NCBI GenBank assembly: GCA_902795135.1
Contig: CADBJW010000002.1
Coordinates: forward strand, 23,529 to 87,528
Length of the DNA stretch: 64,000 nt
Direction of reading: 5' to 3'
Source: an uncultured Eubacteriales bacterium
GTDB lineage: Bacteria > Bacillota > Clostridia > Peptostreptococcales > Anaerovoracaceae
The notes below the pieces were generated by a model. The model saw nothing but the letters and a program-made list of their open reading frames with translations. It was not told where the DNA came from and did no database searches. Position numbers and translations under genes: made by a program. Of this stretch, positions 44,212 to 54,854 are shown piece by piece; positions within the stretch are counted from its first letter, which is position 1; every line of letters starts with the position of its first letter.

Positions 44212-44213
44212 GA

Positions 44214-45236
44214 TTATTCCTCATCATCTTCGATGAATTCCTGTATTTTGAGCATTTCGCTGCGAATGATGTCAACGACATTTTCCTCTGCGTAAGGCAG
44301 CCCTTTGATAATGGCATTTTTCACAGCCGTTGCCGTGGAGGATCCATGCATTTTGATGACCGGTCCATTGACACCGAGAACCGGCGCGCCGCCGTATTCT
44401 TCGTAATCGAATTCGTTCTTGAGGGCCGTGAGCTGCGGTTTGATCAACGCACCGGCGACTTTGCTCTTTAGGGATTCCATAAGCTTGCCTTTGATCAGCT
44501 TGAAAATGCTCAGGGAGACGCCTTCCGTTAGCTTTAAGATAACGTTTCCTACAAATCCATCGCAGACGATAACATCGCAGGCGTGTTTCGGAACATCTCT
44601 TCCTTCAACGTTTCCTATAAAGTTTAGATGTGATGCCTTCAGTTTCTGATAGGCGTCTTTTGTAACGCTGGTGCCTTTGCCCTCTTCCACACCCAGATTG
44701 ACCAGACCCACTTCCGGATTTGGCCGGTTCCAAACCTTTTCTACATAAATGCTCCCCATCAAACCATATTCGAGGAGATTGTTTGCCTTGGATTCCGAGC
44801 TGGCCCCTGCATCAACGAGGAGACACGGGTCTCCACCGGTCATGTCCGGATAAATACTTGCCAGAGTTGGCCGGTCAATGCCTCTGATTCTGCCGAGAAT
44901 CAGTCTCGATCCAACGATCAGCGCGCCTGTATTCCCTGCTGATACGAACATGTCGCCCTGCCCGTCCTTAAGCATATTCAGTCCTACCACAAGGGTGGAG
45001 TCGGTTTTTCTACGGATGGCCTTTACCGGACTGTCGTCCATGGTGATCACATCATTGGCCTCCTGGATCGTAATCTGTTCGCCCTTGTACTTGTTCTTTT
45101 TGAGCTCTGCCTTTATGGTGTCTACCGGACCAACGATCACGATCTCATGATTCGTCAATTCCGCTGCCTGAACAGCTCCCTTCACGATTTCTTTTGGGGC
45201 GTGATCTCCGCCCATTCCATCAAGTACGATCCTCAT
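44214..45236 (-). CDS. plsX: Phosphate acyltransferase PlsX
   Basis: 340 aa. MRIVLDGMGGDHAP and VCDGFVGNV motifs. Confidence 0.9.
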   Translation of the reverse strand: MRIVLDGMGGDHAPKEIVKGAVQAAELTNHEIVIVGPVDTIKAELKKNKYKGEQITIQEANDVITMDDSPVKAIRRKTDSTLVVGLNMLKDGQGDMFVSAGNTGALIVGSRLILGRIRGIDRPTLASIYPDMTGGDPCLLVDAGASSESKANNLLEYGLMGSIYVEKVWNRPNPEVGLVNLGVEEGKGTSVTKDAYQKLKASHLNFIGNVEGRDVPKHACDVIVCDGFVGNVILKLTEGVSLSIFKLIKGKLMESLKSKVAGALIKPQLTALKNEFDYEEYGGAPVLGVNGPVIKMHGSSTATAVKNAIIKGLPYAEENVVDIIRSEMLKIQEFIEDDEE

Positions 45237-45896
45237 CTATATTTCTCCTATCAATTTCATGAATTCTCTTGTACGGGCTTCGATGTCGTCTGCCTTGAAC
45301 ACAGCGGAACCGGCAACGACGATTTCAACGCCTGCATCTACGACTTCAATAACATTATCGAGCTTGACTCCACCGTCGATTTCGATTTTGAAGTCCAGCC
45401 CTTCTGCTCTTTTTATCTCAGCGAGTTCTCTCGTTTTTTCCATAATCTGCGGAATGAAGCTCTGTCCGCCAAACCCCGGATTCACGGACATGAGCAGTAC
45501 CATATCCAAATCACCCAGTACGTAATCCAACGTATCCAATGACGTTGCCGGGTTCAGCGAAACACCGGCTTTTACCCCCGCCTGCTTAATGTGTTGTATC
45601 GTCCTGTGCAGATGGGTGCAGGCTTCCTGGTGCACCGTAATGTATTCTGTCTGCGGTGTTACAAAGTCCTCAATGTACTGATCCGGGTTTTCGATCATAA
45701 GGTGTACATCAAAGGGCAAGGCGGTCTTCCCCAGAAGGCATTTCATGACCGGTGCCCCGAAGGAGATGTTCGGAACGAAGTGGCCGTCCATGACATCCAC
45801 ATGGATCAGCTGTGCCCCTCCCTCTTCAATGGCCTTAACGTCTTCTGCCAACCTGGAAAAATCAGCGGATAAAATGGACGGTGCTAACTGAATCAT
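45237..45896 (-). CDS. rpe: Ribulose-phosphate 3-epimerase
   Basis: 219 aa. LAPSILSADF, HVDVMDGHFVPN, MSVNPGFGGQ. Confidence 0.9.
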   Translation of the reverse strand: MIQLAPSILSADFSRLAEDVKAIEEGGAQLIHVDVMDGHFVPNISFGAPVMKCLLGKTALPFDVHLMIENPDQYIEDFVTPQTEYITVHQEACTHLHRTIQHIKQAGVKAGVSLNPATSLDTLDYVLGDLDMVLLMSVNPGFGGQSFIPQIMEKTRELAEIKRAEGLDFKIEIDGGVKLDNVIEVVDAGVEIVVAGSAVFKADDIEARTREFMKLIGEI

Positions 45897-46786
45897 TTTC
45901 TTATTTCCTCCATGAGTGCTTTATAGGATTCGTATCGCTTCGGATGAATGAGCCCTTTGTCAACGGCTTCCTTAACGCCGCAGTCCGGCTCTGCCATGTG
46001 TCTGCAGTTATCGTATCGGCAATGGCCGATGTATTTCGCAATGTCCGGATAGAGGTGATGCAGTTCCTCTTCATCGGCTTCTAAAATATCAAAGGATGTG
46101 AACCCGGGCGTATCAAATATCATCGTGTTGGAATCGTCCAGAGTGAACAGTTCTGAGTGCCGGGTCGTATGTTTGCCCCGCTGCGATTTTTCGCTGATGT
46201 GGCCTGTTTCCATCTCTGCTTTTGGAATCAACCGGTTTAGTATGGTCGATTTGCCGACCCCTGAGGCGCCTGCCAAGGCGGCTGTTTTGCCCCGAATCAG
46301 TTCCGTCAGCTGCTGCAGCCCCCCTTCGTCTTTGTTATCGAGACAAAGGACCGGGTAGACGGATCCGTAGATTTCCAAAAGCTCACTCTTCGTTTCTGCG
46401 GCTTTTCTCTGGGACCGGCTGCCATCTTCGGAGGCCAGATCACACTTATTGATACATAGAACAATATCGGTCTGGGCTTTTTCTGCCATAACCAGAAAAC
46501 GGTCAATGGTCGGAAGAATCGGCGCCGGTTTCGTGACCGCCGTCACGATTACAAAACAATCTACATTTGAGATAAAGGGCCTTATAAAACAATTTCGCCG
46601 CGGAAGAATCTCTGTGATCAGGCTATCGTCGTTATCTTCTATGACCTCTACCTGAACAGAATCCCCCACTGCCGGCCGAATCCCGCGTTCCTTGAAAATC
46701 CCGCGGGCTTTGCATCTATATACTTTATCGCCGGATTTCACATAATAAAATCCGGCGATACCTTTTATGATTTTTCCTTGCAGCAT
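45893..46786 (-). CDS. rsgA: Ribosome small-subunit-dependent GTPase A
   Basis: 297 aa from ATG 46786; the ORF-track N-terminal extension overlaps prkC and is unlikely to be real. Has GASGVGKSTILN and a C-terminal zinc knuckle CRYDNCRHMAEPDC. Confidence 0.85.
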   Translation of the reverse strand: MLQGKIIKGIAGFYYVKSGDKVYRCKARGIFKERGIRPAVGDSVQVEVIEDNDDSLITEILPRRNCFIRPFISNVDCFVIVTAVTKPAPILPTIDRFLVMAEKAQTDIVLCINKCDLASEDGSRSQRKAAETKSELLEIYGSVYPVLCLDNKDEGGLQQLTELIRGKTAALAGASGVGKSTILNRLIPKAEMETGHISEKSQRGKHTTRHSELFTLDDSNTMIFDTPGFTSFDILEADEEELHHLYPDIAKYIGHCRYDNCRHMAEPDCGVKEAVDKGLIHPKRYESYKALMEEIRK

Positions 46787-46787
46787 A

Positions 46788-48596
46788 TTACAATTCCGGT
46801 TCTTCTGGATCCGTTGCCTGAGTGGTCGTTTCGACAGCCTTCGTCGTAGTTGTCTGTGGCTGCGTTGTTGTAGTCGTTTGAGGTTCTTCCTTTTGTCCCG
46901 CACTCACAACAATCTTAACCGAGCTTCCTTTCTTGAGCTGGGAGTTGCCGCCCGGGCTCTGTGAAATGACTTCACCTTCGGTTGCCGAGCTGAATTCATA
47001 AGAGACAGAAGCACTAAATCCTGCTTCGGACAATATGGATTTTGCCTGGGACAGAGTTTTTCCTTCCACGTATGGAACCGTTGCTTCGTTCATGGTGCCG
47101 TCACTTACAACAACATCGACCTTGCTGCCCTTTTCTGCCGTCTCTCCGGCCTTCGGGCTCTGGCTGATTACCGTTCCGGCTTCCTTATCGCTGGATTCCG
47201 TGGAAACTTTACCCAAACTCAGTCCTGCAGCCTGAAGATACTCACTCAATTCAGACTCCGACTTTCCTACTAAATTCGGAACGCTGACGTCTCCCGGCCC
47301 TTTGCTGATGTTGACCGTAATGGTGCTGCCCTCTTTGACCTTTTCTTCTGCGGATGGATCCTGTGAAACGATGTGCCCTTCTTCGACCTCATCGCTGATC
47401 ACATCTTTGCCTTCTTTGATCTTGAGGTTAATATCATTGTCTTCCAGATACTGTTCTGCTTCCTCTATGGTCATCGTCCGGAAGTTCGGTACTTTGACCT
47501 CTTCCCGATTTGCAAATACCGCCGCCAGAATGACCCCCAGAAGAATCGCAGCAACGATTGCCGCAATCAGAATGATGGACCGTTTTTTGTTGTTTTTATT
47601 TGACTTGGATGATTTCTTTTTCTTGCCCTTTCGTTTCTTGTCTTTTTTCTCATCCCGTTCGCCGCCGTTCTCATCGCCATTGTCGAAATCCGTTTCGGCA
47701 ATCGGTCCGACCGGTGGTCGGACTGCCTCCTGCTTGGTCGTCTGTCTTCCCATCAGAATATCTTTACCGACTACGCTTCCAACGAACTCCAGATTGTTCA
47801 GCGCTTCAATCAGCTCATCTGCCGATGCAAACCGGTTGACTGGATATTTATCGGTGCACTTGAGAATAATATGCTCCAGTGCAGGCGGAACGCCAGGCAC
47901 CAGTTTGGATGGAGGCGTCATCTCTCCGTTGATGTGCTGCAACGCGATATTAACCGGATTGTCCCCGTCAAAAGGAACCTGTCCCGTCAGCATTTCATAC
48001 ATGACGATTCCCAGGGAATAAATATCGGATTTTTCGTCCACGTATCCGCCTCTGGCCTGCTCCGGCGAGAAGTAATGCACGGAGCCGACAATCCCATCGG
48101 TATTATCCACGATGGTTGCCGCATTCACAGCCTTTGCAATACCGAAGTCTGTGATTTTTGCCGTTCCGTTCGGCGTAATCATTACATTGTGCGGCTTTAC
48201 ATCGCGATGTATGATGTGATTTTTGTGGGCAAAGGACAGTGCTGCGGCAATTTGCTTCGAAAGGGCTATGACCTTCGGATAGGCCATCGGTCCCTGCTCC
48301 TTGATGTAATCGCTGAGCGCTCTGCCTTCAATCAACTCCATAACAATGTAATGGATATTGCCTTCTCTGCCAACATCGTAAATGTTTACGATGTTGGGAT
48401 GAGTCATACTTGCAGCATTTTGAGATTCTCTCCTGAAACTGTCAATGAACTTAGGGTCATTGATGAATTCAGGTTTCAATATTTTTATAGCTACAAATCG
48501 GTTGAGCAGTTTGTCTTTAGCTTTATATACAACGGACATTCCGCCTTCGCCAACTCTTTCAAACAGTTCATACCTGCCTGCGAGTACTTTACTCAT
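46788..48596 (-). CDS. prkC: Ser/Thr protein kinase with extracellular PASTA repeats (PrkC type)
   Basis: 602 aa. Hanks kinase motifs (HRDVKPHN, DFGIA), a TM segment, three PASTA-like repeats and a Thr-rich tail. Confidence 0.9.
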   Translation of the reverse strand: MSKVLAGRYELFERVGEGGMSVVYKAKDKLLNRFVAIKILKPEFINDPKFIDSFRRESQNAASMTHPNIVNIYDVGREGNIHYIVMELIEGRALSDYIKEQGPMAYPKVIALSKQIAAALSFAHKNHIIHRDVKPHNVMITPNGTAKITDFGIAKAVNAATIVDNTDGIVGSVHYFSPEQARGGYVDEKSDIYSLGIVMYEMLTGQVPFDGDNPVNIALQHINGEMTPPSKLVPGVPPALEHIILKCTDKYPVNRFASADELIEALNNLEFVGSVVGKDILMGRQTTKQEAVRPPVGPIAETDFDNGDENGGERDEKKDKKRKGKKKKSSKSNKNNKKRSIILIAAIVAAILLGVILAAVFANREEVKVPNFRTMTIEEAEQYLEDNDINLKIKEGKDVISDEVEEGHIVSQDPSAEEKVKEGSTITVNISKGPGDVSVPNLVGKSESELSEYLQAAGLSLGKVSTESSDKEAGTVISQSPKAGETAEKGSKVDVVVSDGTMNEATVPYVEGKTLSQAKSILSEAGFSASVSYEFSSATEGEVISQSPGGNSQLKKGSSVKIVVSAGQKEEPQTTTTTQPQTTTTKAVETTTQATDPEEPEL

Positions 48597-48615
48597 ACCA
48601 TCCTCCTAATAACAT

Positions 48616-49347
48616 CTATATTCTAACGCAGACGACGGTAATATTATCTCTGCCGCCCGCCCGTATTGCTTCATCAACAAGTCTGGAGCTGAGATCATTC
48701 ATGCTGTTGCTGTACTTCATCAGGCTTGCCATTTTTTCCTCTCCGACTTCTCCATAGAGACCGTCTGAGCAAAGCACAATGATATCATCGCTCTTGAGAT
48801 CGACTTTATAAAAATCAGGTTCTGCGCCTTTCTCCGCTCCCAATGCTTTTGTGATCACATTCTTCTGGCGGTGGTTTTCCGCTTCCCCTGCGGTGATCAT
48901 GCCTTTATCGATCAGCTCGTTTACGTAGGTATGATCTTTGGTGATCCGCTTCAGCCCGCCATCCCGGTACAAATAGGCTCTGCTGTCACCAATGTTCGTG
49001 ATATAAGTGCTGCCGTTATAGATATATGCCATGACGATGGTGGTTGCCATGCCCCGGTTCATGGAATTCTTCTGTCCCTGAAGGTAGATGCTTTCGTTGG
49101 CAATGTCGATGGCTTCTGTGAAGAATGCGAAAATTTCGTCTGGAGTTTCACATTCTTCCAGGTCGTTGTCTTTGACAAACTGCGCCAGCTGCTCTACGGC
49201 TGTATTGCTGGCGATTTCTCCGGAATTGTTTCCGCCAACGCCATCCGCTACGATGTAAACATCTTTGCTCGGTATGACAAAGCACGCATCCTCATTATTC
49301 TTTCTTACAACACCTCTATTGCATTTAAAACCAATTTGTCTGGCCAT
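48616..49347 (-). CDS. stp: PP2C-family Ser/Thr phosphatase (Stp/PrpC)
   Basis: 243 aa. NEDA, VADGVGG, and a C-terminal GGRDNITVV. Confidence 0.85.
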   Translation of the reverse strand: MARQIGFKCNRGVVRKNNEDACFVIPSKDVYIVADGVGGNNSGEIASNTAVEQLAQFVKDNDLEECETPDEIFAFFTEAIDIANESIYLQGQKNSMNRGMATTIVMAYIYNGSTYITNIGDSRAYLYRDGGLKRITKDHTYVNELIDKGMITAGEAENHRQKNVITKALGAEKGAEPDFYKVDLKSDDIIVLCSDGLYGEVGEEKMASLMKYSNSMNDLSSRLVDEAIRAGGRDNITVVCVRI

Positions 49348-49349
49348 AC

Positions 49350-50660
49350 TTAACCTTTCTCAACTTCCTCCAATACATCTTCTCTCTTCATAATGCAAAT
49401 GAAGAATCCGTCTGTTCCGTTTACGTTCGGGAGAAGAAGCGTTCTCTCGACCTTTTGGAATCTGCGGTTCTTTTTCAGGAATTCGCTTACAACTCTTTCG
49501 TTTTCCTCCGGATTGATCGTGCATGTGCTGTAAACAAGCGTGCCACCCGGTTTTACATAAGATGATGATGCTGATAAAATCGCAAGTTGCTTCTTTGGAA
49601 GGAGCTGCAATTCATCGGTGTATTCCTTGTATTTGATTTCCGGCTTTCTTCGGACAACGCCGAGACCCGAACATGGAACATCCACCAATACCTTATCCGC
49701 CTTTTGAACCATGTTGGAGTCCACTCTGGTTGCATCCCAGGAGCGGGTTTCAATGTTGGTGATTCCAAGTCTCTTCGCTTCTTTGTCCACCTGATCCAGT
49801 TTTCTTCTGTAAATGTCAGAAGCTATGATCTTGCCGGTGTTGTTCATTCTTTCCGCAATGGCCGTCGTCTTGCCACCCGGTGCGGCGCAGACGTCCATAA
49901 CGATATCGCCGTGTTTCGGATTGAGCTTTTCGGCAACCAGCATGGAGCTTTCGTCCTGTGGTGTAAACAGGCCCATTTCATACAGGTCGGAATCCAGCAG
50001 TCCGCTGCCCTTTACGTTGATTGCGTTCTGACAGATCTTGCCGTTTTGGACCTTGAATCCTCTCTCTTTGAGCGCTCTGATCAGGTCTTCTTTGACGACC
50101 TTGAGCCAGTTGATCCGAACCGTTAATGGCGGACGTTCATTTCCGGCAGCCAGCAAGGCTTCCACAAACTCTTTGTTGTAGTATTTGAGCCAAAGTTCAA
50201 TGATCCATGGCGCATAGGAATACTTTACGGATAAGAATTTGACTTCATCTACGTCCCGTTCCGGAAGTCTGAGACTGATTTTTCTGTTCTGATACTCTCT
50301 CAAAACACCGTTGACAAGACCCGCCTTGCCTTTGCAGTATTTCTTGGCAAGAACAACGCTTTCATTGACTGCCGCATACTCAGGAACGGAATCCATGTAA
50401 CCCAGTTGATAGATTCCCATTCTCAATATAATCAGTTCCGGATTTTTCAGGCTGTCGATTCCTTCCTTTACCAGTGAATCGATATAATAATCCAGTTTCA
50501 GCTTGTTCTCCAAAACACCATATACCAGTTCGCGTACAAAGGCAGGAGAACCCGGCTTCGACAATGCGATCTTATGGTTCAGTGCTAAATTCGAATAGGC
50601 TCTTTTTGCTTCTACATCGACCAACGTCAAGTAAGCTGTTTTTCTGTTTACGTCCATCAA
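49350..50660 (-). CDS. rsmB: 16S rRNA (cytosine967-C5)-methyltransferase
   Basis: 436 aa. NusB-like N-terminus, DVCAAPGGKT, DVPCSGLGV, YSTCT. Confidence 0.85.
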   Translation of the reverse strand: MMDVNRKTAYLTLVDVEAKRAYSNLALNHKIALSKPGSPAFVRELVYGVLENKLKLDYYIDSLVKEGIDSLKNPELIILRMGIYQLGYMDSVPEYAAVNESVVLAKKYCKGKAGLVNGVLREYQNRKISLRLPERDVDEVKFLSVKYSYAPWIIELWLKYYNKEFVEALLAAGNERPPLTVRINWLKVVKEDLIRALKERGFKVQNGKICQNAINVKGSGLLDSDLYEMGLFTPQDESSMLVAEKLNPKHGDIVMDVCAAPGGKTTAIAERMNNTGKIIASDIYRRKLDQVDKEAKRLGITNIETRSWDATRVDSNMVQKADKVLVDVPCSGLGVVRRKPEIKYKEYTDELQLLPKKQLAILSASSSYVKPGGTLVYSTCTINPEENERVVSEFLKKNRRFQKVERTLLLPNVNGTDGFFICIMKREDVLEEVEKG

Positions 50661-51361
50661 TTATGCCCCCTAATCAAAAGGATCCTTATAAGATTAACTA
50701 TAGAAGTTGCCAGTGCCGCCACATACGTCATCGCTGCTGCTGACAAAACTTTTCTCGCTCCTGCTGCTTCATCGTCATATATGATTCCCAGCTCGGAAAG
50801 CTGCAGCATCGCTCTCCTGCTGGCATTCAGTTCGACCGGCAATGTAACCGTGTGAAAAAGCACTACCACCACAAACATAATGACACCAATGTTAAAGATC
50901 AAATTGCCTGTGGATGCATTCCCGGCAGCGATCAATATGATTCCAAGCACCATAAGAGGCCATGATGCCCCTGATGTTAGGTTAACAGCCGGAACCATAG
51001 CTACCCTGAATTTCAGAAACCCGTAATTTCTCTCATCCTGAATCGCATGACCCGATTCATGAGCGGCGATACTGACTGCCGCTACCGAATTACTGTAGGC
51101 CGTTCCTTCGGAGAGATGCATCACGTCTTTCGTCGGATCGTAGTTGTCTGTGAGTTCCCCAGGGATTATCTCAATGGGTACATCCTGCATGCCGTTTTTA
51201 TCCAGAATCATTCTGGCAGCCTGCATCCCGGTAATACCATTTCGGTTCGGGATCTGTGCGTATCTGCTATATGCGCTTTTTACTTTTGACTGAGCAAAAA
51301 TCGTAAAAAGAATTGCAGGTATAAGCAAGATAAACGTGGGGTCATTCATTCCGAAATACAT
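50657..51361 (-). CDS. Membrane zinc metallopeptidase (YugP / Zn_peptidase_2-like)
   Basis: 234 aa. HESGHAIQ zinc motif flanked by TM segments. Confidence 0.75.
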   Translation of the reverse strand: MYFGMNDPTFILLIPAILFTIFAQSKVKSAYSRYAQIPNRNGITGMQAARMILDKNGMQDVPIEIIPGELTDNYDPTKDVMHLSEGTAYSNSVAAVSIAAHESGHAIQDERNYGFLKFRVAMVPAVNLTSGASWPLMVLGIILIAAGNASTGNLIFNIGVIMFVVVVLFHTVTLPVELNASRRAMLQLSELGIIYDDEAAGARKVLSAAAMTYVAALATSIVNLIRILLIRGHN

Positions 51362-51383
51362 GTAATCACTCCTAACGGATATT

Positions 51384-52307
51384 TTATCCTAAAACCATAC
51401 CAATTTCAATGGAATTGCCCTTTAAATATTCCTTCACCGCAGTTCGTTTCTTGCCTGGAGCCTGAATCTCCGTAACACGCAAAATGCCCTTGCCGCAAGC
51501 AATATCGATGTGATCGTTTTTTGCCTCGACGATTGTTCCGGCGGGAGCTTCTGCGGTCCGATCCAAAACCTCTGCCTTCCAGAACTTCAGCATCTTTTCC
51601 TTCGCGTAAGCAAAGGTCCCCGGCCATGGATCAAAGGCTCTGATCCTGCGTTCGATCCTCGCCGCATCTTCACTGAAATCAATGTGCCCGTCCTGCTTGG
51701 ATATCATCGGCGCATACGTAGACAGGGCATCGTCCTGTGGCTGGCCTTTGATCGTTGGAAGCGCAGGTAGCGTCTGGATCAGCAGTTCAGCCCCAAGTGA
51801 CGCCAGCTCATCATGGAGCTGCTGTCCTGTTTTCCCATCGGTCAGGGTCGTCGCTTTTGCCAGCATGTCCCCTGTATCAAGACCTTCCGCCATTTTCATG
51901 ATCGTGATCCCGGTTTCCTCATCTCCTTCGATGATTGCCGCCTGAATCGGAGCGGCTCCCCGAAACCGCGGAAGCAACGACCCATGAATATTGATGCAGC
52001 CAAGAGGCGGCAGCTCCAGCACAGTTTTCGGAAGGATTTTCCCATAAGCGGCAACCACAATCACATCCGGCTTCGCCTGGCGTATCGTCTCCAAAAATTC
52101 CTGATTTTTTCGTATTTTTTCCGGCTGCAGTACCGGTATTCCCAGTTCCAATGCTTTTGCTTTTACCGGAGAAAAGTGGACCTTTTTACCGCGTCCACTG
52201 ACTGCATCCGGTTGCGTCACCACGTAGACAATTTCGTGTCCCGCCTGGTGCATCGCTGTTAATGGAGGAACTGCAAAATCCGGTGTTCCCATGTAAATCA
52301 CACGCAT
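51384..52307 (-). CDS. fmt: Methionyl-tRNA formyltransferase
   Basis: 307 aa. MGTPDFAVP and HGSLLPRFRGAAPIQ. Confidence 0.9.
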   Translation of the reverse strand: MRVIYMGTPDFAVPPLTAMHQAGHEIVYVVTQPDAVSGRGKKVHFSPVKAKALELGIPVLQPEKIRKNQEFLETIRQAKPDVIVVAAYGKILPKTVLELPPLGCINIHGSLLPRFRGAAPIQAAIIEGDEETGITIMKMAEGLDTGDMLAKATTLTDGKTGQQLHDELASLGAELLIQTLPALPTIKGQPQDDALSTYAPMISKQDGHIDFSEDAARIERRIRAFDPWPGTFAYAKEKMLKFWKAEVLDRTAEAPAGTIVEAKNDHIDIACGKGILRVTEIQAPGKKRTAVKEYLKGNSIEIGMVLG

Positions 52308-52325
52308 GCTGGACTCCTTACCTGC

Positions 52326-52793
52326 TTACAGTTCTTCCCTGACAGGATGAACGTCGGATGCTTTATCGGTATATAGTATGCCTTCCAGATGGTCGAATTC
52401 GTGACACATCACGACGGCATGGAACCCTTCAAACGTATAGACTTTTTCTTTGCCATAACGATCCAGTCCCTTTATTTTGATTCGTTCAGGACGCACCACC
52501 GTTCCGGCCATTCCCGGAACCGAAAGACATCCTTCTTCCCCTTCCTGTTCGCCTTCTACGGATATGATCTCCGGATTGACGAAACAGTAAACTTCTTCCG
52601 GCGTCGGCTCCGCAACGAACATTCTCCGCATGATGCCAACCTGCGGCGCAGCCAGACCAACGCCCTGGGCGCTGCGCATTGTTTCGACCATGTCGTCCAG
52701 GATCATCTGGATTCGTTCATTTACTTCCCCAACTTCTCTGCATTTCTTTCTCAGTATTGGGTCTCCTTCTTCAACGATGTTTCTTAATGCCAT
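52326..52793 (-). CDS. def: Peptide deformylase
   Basis: 155 aa. GVGLAAPQ, EGCLSVPG, HEFDHLEG. Confidence 0.9.
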   Translation of the reverse strand: MALRNIVEEGDPILRKKCREVGEVNERIQMILDDMVETMRSAQGVGLAAPQVGIMRRMFVAEPTPEEVYCFVNPEIISVEGEQEGEEGCLSVPGMAGTVVRPERIKIKGLDRYGKEKVYTFEGFHAVVMCHEFDHLEGILYTDKASDVHPVREEL

Positions 52794-52809
52794 TTTTTGA
52801 GTCTCCTTT

Positions 52810-54846
52810 TTATGAAAAGCTGTAAGGATTGATATCGATTACAGCAACATATTTTTTTCTGCCTTTTTTATTCGAATGTTCCTGCTTGACTGCCCAGAGA
52901 AGCCGGGCATAGGCGTGCCGTTTTCCCTTCGGGCATTTTATGATCAGCGAATACCGGTACGTATCCCGGATTTTGCTCATGTAAGCCTGCTGCGGCGGAA
53001 ATACGTTGACACGTTCCTCCGGCGGCATCTTTGCCAATATACTTTCATGCCACGCTTCCGCTCCGGCTTTTGCATCTCCATCGGTCTCCGCGGTGAACAG
53101 AATTTGGATGATATCGCTGTACGGCGGATAGGTCATGTACTTGCGAAATTTGATTTCGCTCTGGTAAAACCCTTCGTAGTCATGGCTTGCCGCGAGCTCA
53201 ATGGCGTAATGTTCCGGATCGTAGGTCTGAATGATGACCTTGCCTTCCCGTTCTCCCCGGCCAGCTCTGCCCGATGCCTGGGTGATAAGCTGAAAAGCCC
53301 GTTCCGGCGACCGGAAGTCCGGAATGTTGAGGGAAACGTCCGCTGATACAATGCCCACAAGACCCACATTTCTGAAATCGAGGCCTTTGGCAATCAGCTG
53401 GGTACCAATCAGAATTCTGGTGCGCCCCTTCTCAAAATCTTTTAACCGTTTCTTCAGTTCGCCCTTTTTCTTAATGGAATCCAGATCCACTCTGGCTGCC
53501 GCATACTCAGGAAACATCTCCCGGACACAATCTTCCACCTTTTCGGTCCCGCTGCCAAAGTACCGAACGTATTTGCTCCCGCATTCCGGGCACTTTTTGG
53601 GTGCCAGTTCGGAATGTCCGCAATAGTGGCACGTGAGGGTTCCGTCATTTTTGTGGTACGTCAGCGACAGTCCGCAGGTCGGACACTTGGCGACAAACCC
53701 GCATTCACGGCAGGAAACAAAGGTCGAATAGCCCCGCCGGTTCAGAAACAGCATGACCTGACGGCCGGCTTTTAATTCCGCTGACATCTCCTCGCAGAGC
53801 CTGCGGCTGAGAATCGATCGGTTTCCTTCTTTCAGCTCCTGCCTCATATCGACAATCTCTGCACGGGGCATATCTACGTCGTTATACCGTTTTGTCAGCC
53901 GAATCAGTTTGTAGATACCTTCCTGACTCCGGCTGTATGAAACGACCGAAGGCGTTGCGCTGCCAAGAATCAAAACCCCTTGGCTGTCTTTGTCCTGCAG
54001 CCGCTTGATCGCGACTTCCGCCGTATCGTATTTGGGTGTGAAATCCGACTTGTACGTCGACTCATGTTCTTCGTCAATGACGATCAGACCGAGGTCTTCC
54101 ACCGGTGCAAAGACTGCCGACCTGGCGCCGATCACGATTCGAACGTCTCCTCTGCGGATCTTCATCCACTGATCATACCGTTCTCCTGCAGAAAGTCTGC
54201 TGTGCAGAATCGCCACCGTATCCCTGCCGAATTTTCCCAGAAACCGTTCGGTGATCTGACCGGTCAGTGATATTTCCGGAACCAGAATAATGACGCCCCG
54301 ACCTTGTTGGAGTGCCAGCTCTGCCGCCCGGATATACACCTCTGTTTTACCGCTGCCCGTTACGCCGTGAATCAGAAACCGGTCATGCTCATGATTTTGG
54401 ATCGGCTTCGAGATTCGCGCCAGGGCTTCTTCCTGTTCATCGGTCAACGTTTCTATAAAACTGGCGCTTCCCGTATCTCCTGCCAGAGAATCCTGTATCT
54501 CACGCCGTTTTGCCTTGTTACCTGCCGGGGTAAAGCACTTGATCGCATCGATGTATCTGCAAAGGTACCTTCCCTTCATCCAGAAGGCCGTCCGCACCAT
54601 TTCTTCCGTGAGAGAAACGTCCGGATCAACATGATCGACGGATTTGAGTTTGCCGCGCAGTTTCTCATCGATCATCTCCTCGTCTTCAAAAGCCGATACC
54701 ACGTACCCTTCCCGCAATTTCTTGCTCCGTGCAAAGGGCAGGAATACTTTGCTCCCTGTTTTGACGCTGTCATCGTCGCAATGGTATGTAAAAAAGCTGT
54801 CTGTACTATCGCTTTTATTGTCAATTACAACGTTCAAATAGCTCAT
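52810..54846 (-). CDS. priA: Primosomal replication-restart helicase PriA
   Basis: 678 aa. GVTGSGKTEVY, DEEH, and a Cys-rich zinc insert CRECGFVAKCPTCG...CHYCGH...CPECG. Confidence 0.9.
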   Translation of the reverse strand: MSYLNVVIDNKSDSTDSFFTYHCDDDSVKTGSKVFLPFARSKKLREGYVVSAFEDEEMIDEKLRGKLKSVDHVDPDVSLTEEMVRTAFWMKGRYLCRYIDAIKCFTPAGNKAKRREIQDSLAGDTGSASFIETLTDEQEEALARISKPIQNHEHDRFLIHGVTGSGKTEVYIRAAELALQQGRGVIILVPEISLTGQITERFLGKFGRDTVAILHSRLSAGERYDQWMKIRRGDVRIVIGARSAVFAPVEDLGLIVIDEEHESTYKSDFTPKYDTAEVAIKRLQDKDSQGVLILGSATPSVVSYSRSQEGIYKLIRLTKRYNDVDMPRAEIVDMRQELKEGNRSILSRRLCEEMSAELKAGRQVMLFLNRRGYSTFVSCRECGFVAKCPTCGLSLTYHKNDGTLTCHYCGHSELAPKKCPECGSKYVRYFGSGTEKVEDCVREMFPEYAAARVDLDSIKKKGELKKRLKDFEKGRTRILIGTQLIAKGLDFRNVGLVGIVSADVSLNIPDFRSPERAFQLITQASGRAGRGEREGKVIIQTYDPEHYAIELAASHDYEGFYQSEIKFRKYMTYPPYSDIIQILFTAETDGDAKAGAEAWHESILAKMPPEERVNVFPPQQAYMSKIRDTYRYSLIIKCPKGKRHAYARLLWAVKQEHSNKKGRKKYVAVIDINPYSFS

Positions 54847-54854
54847 GTTTCAGC

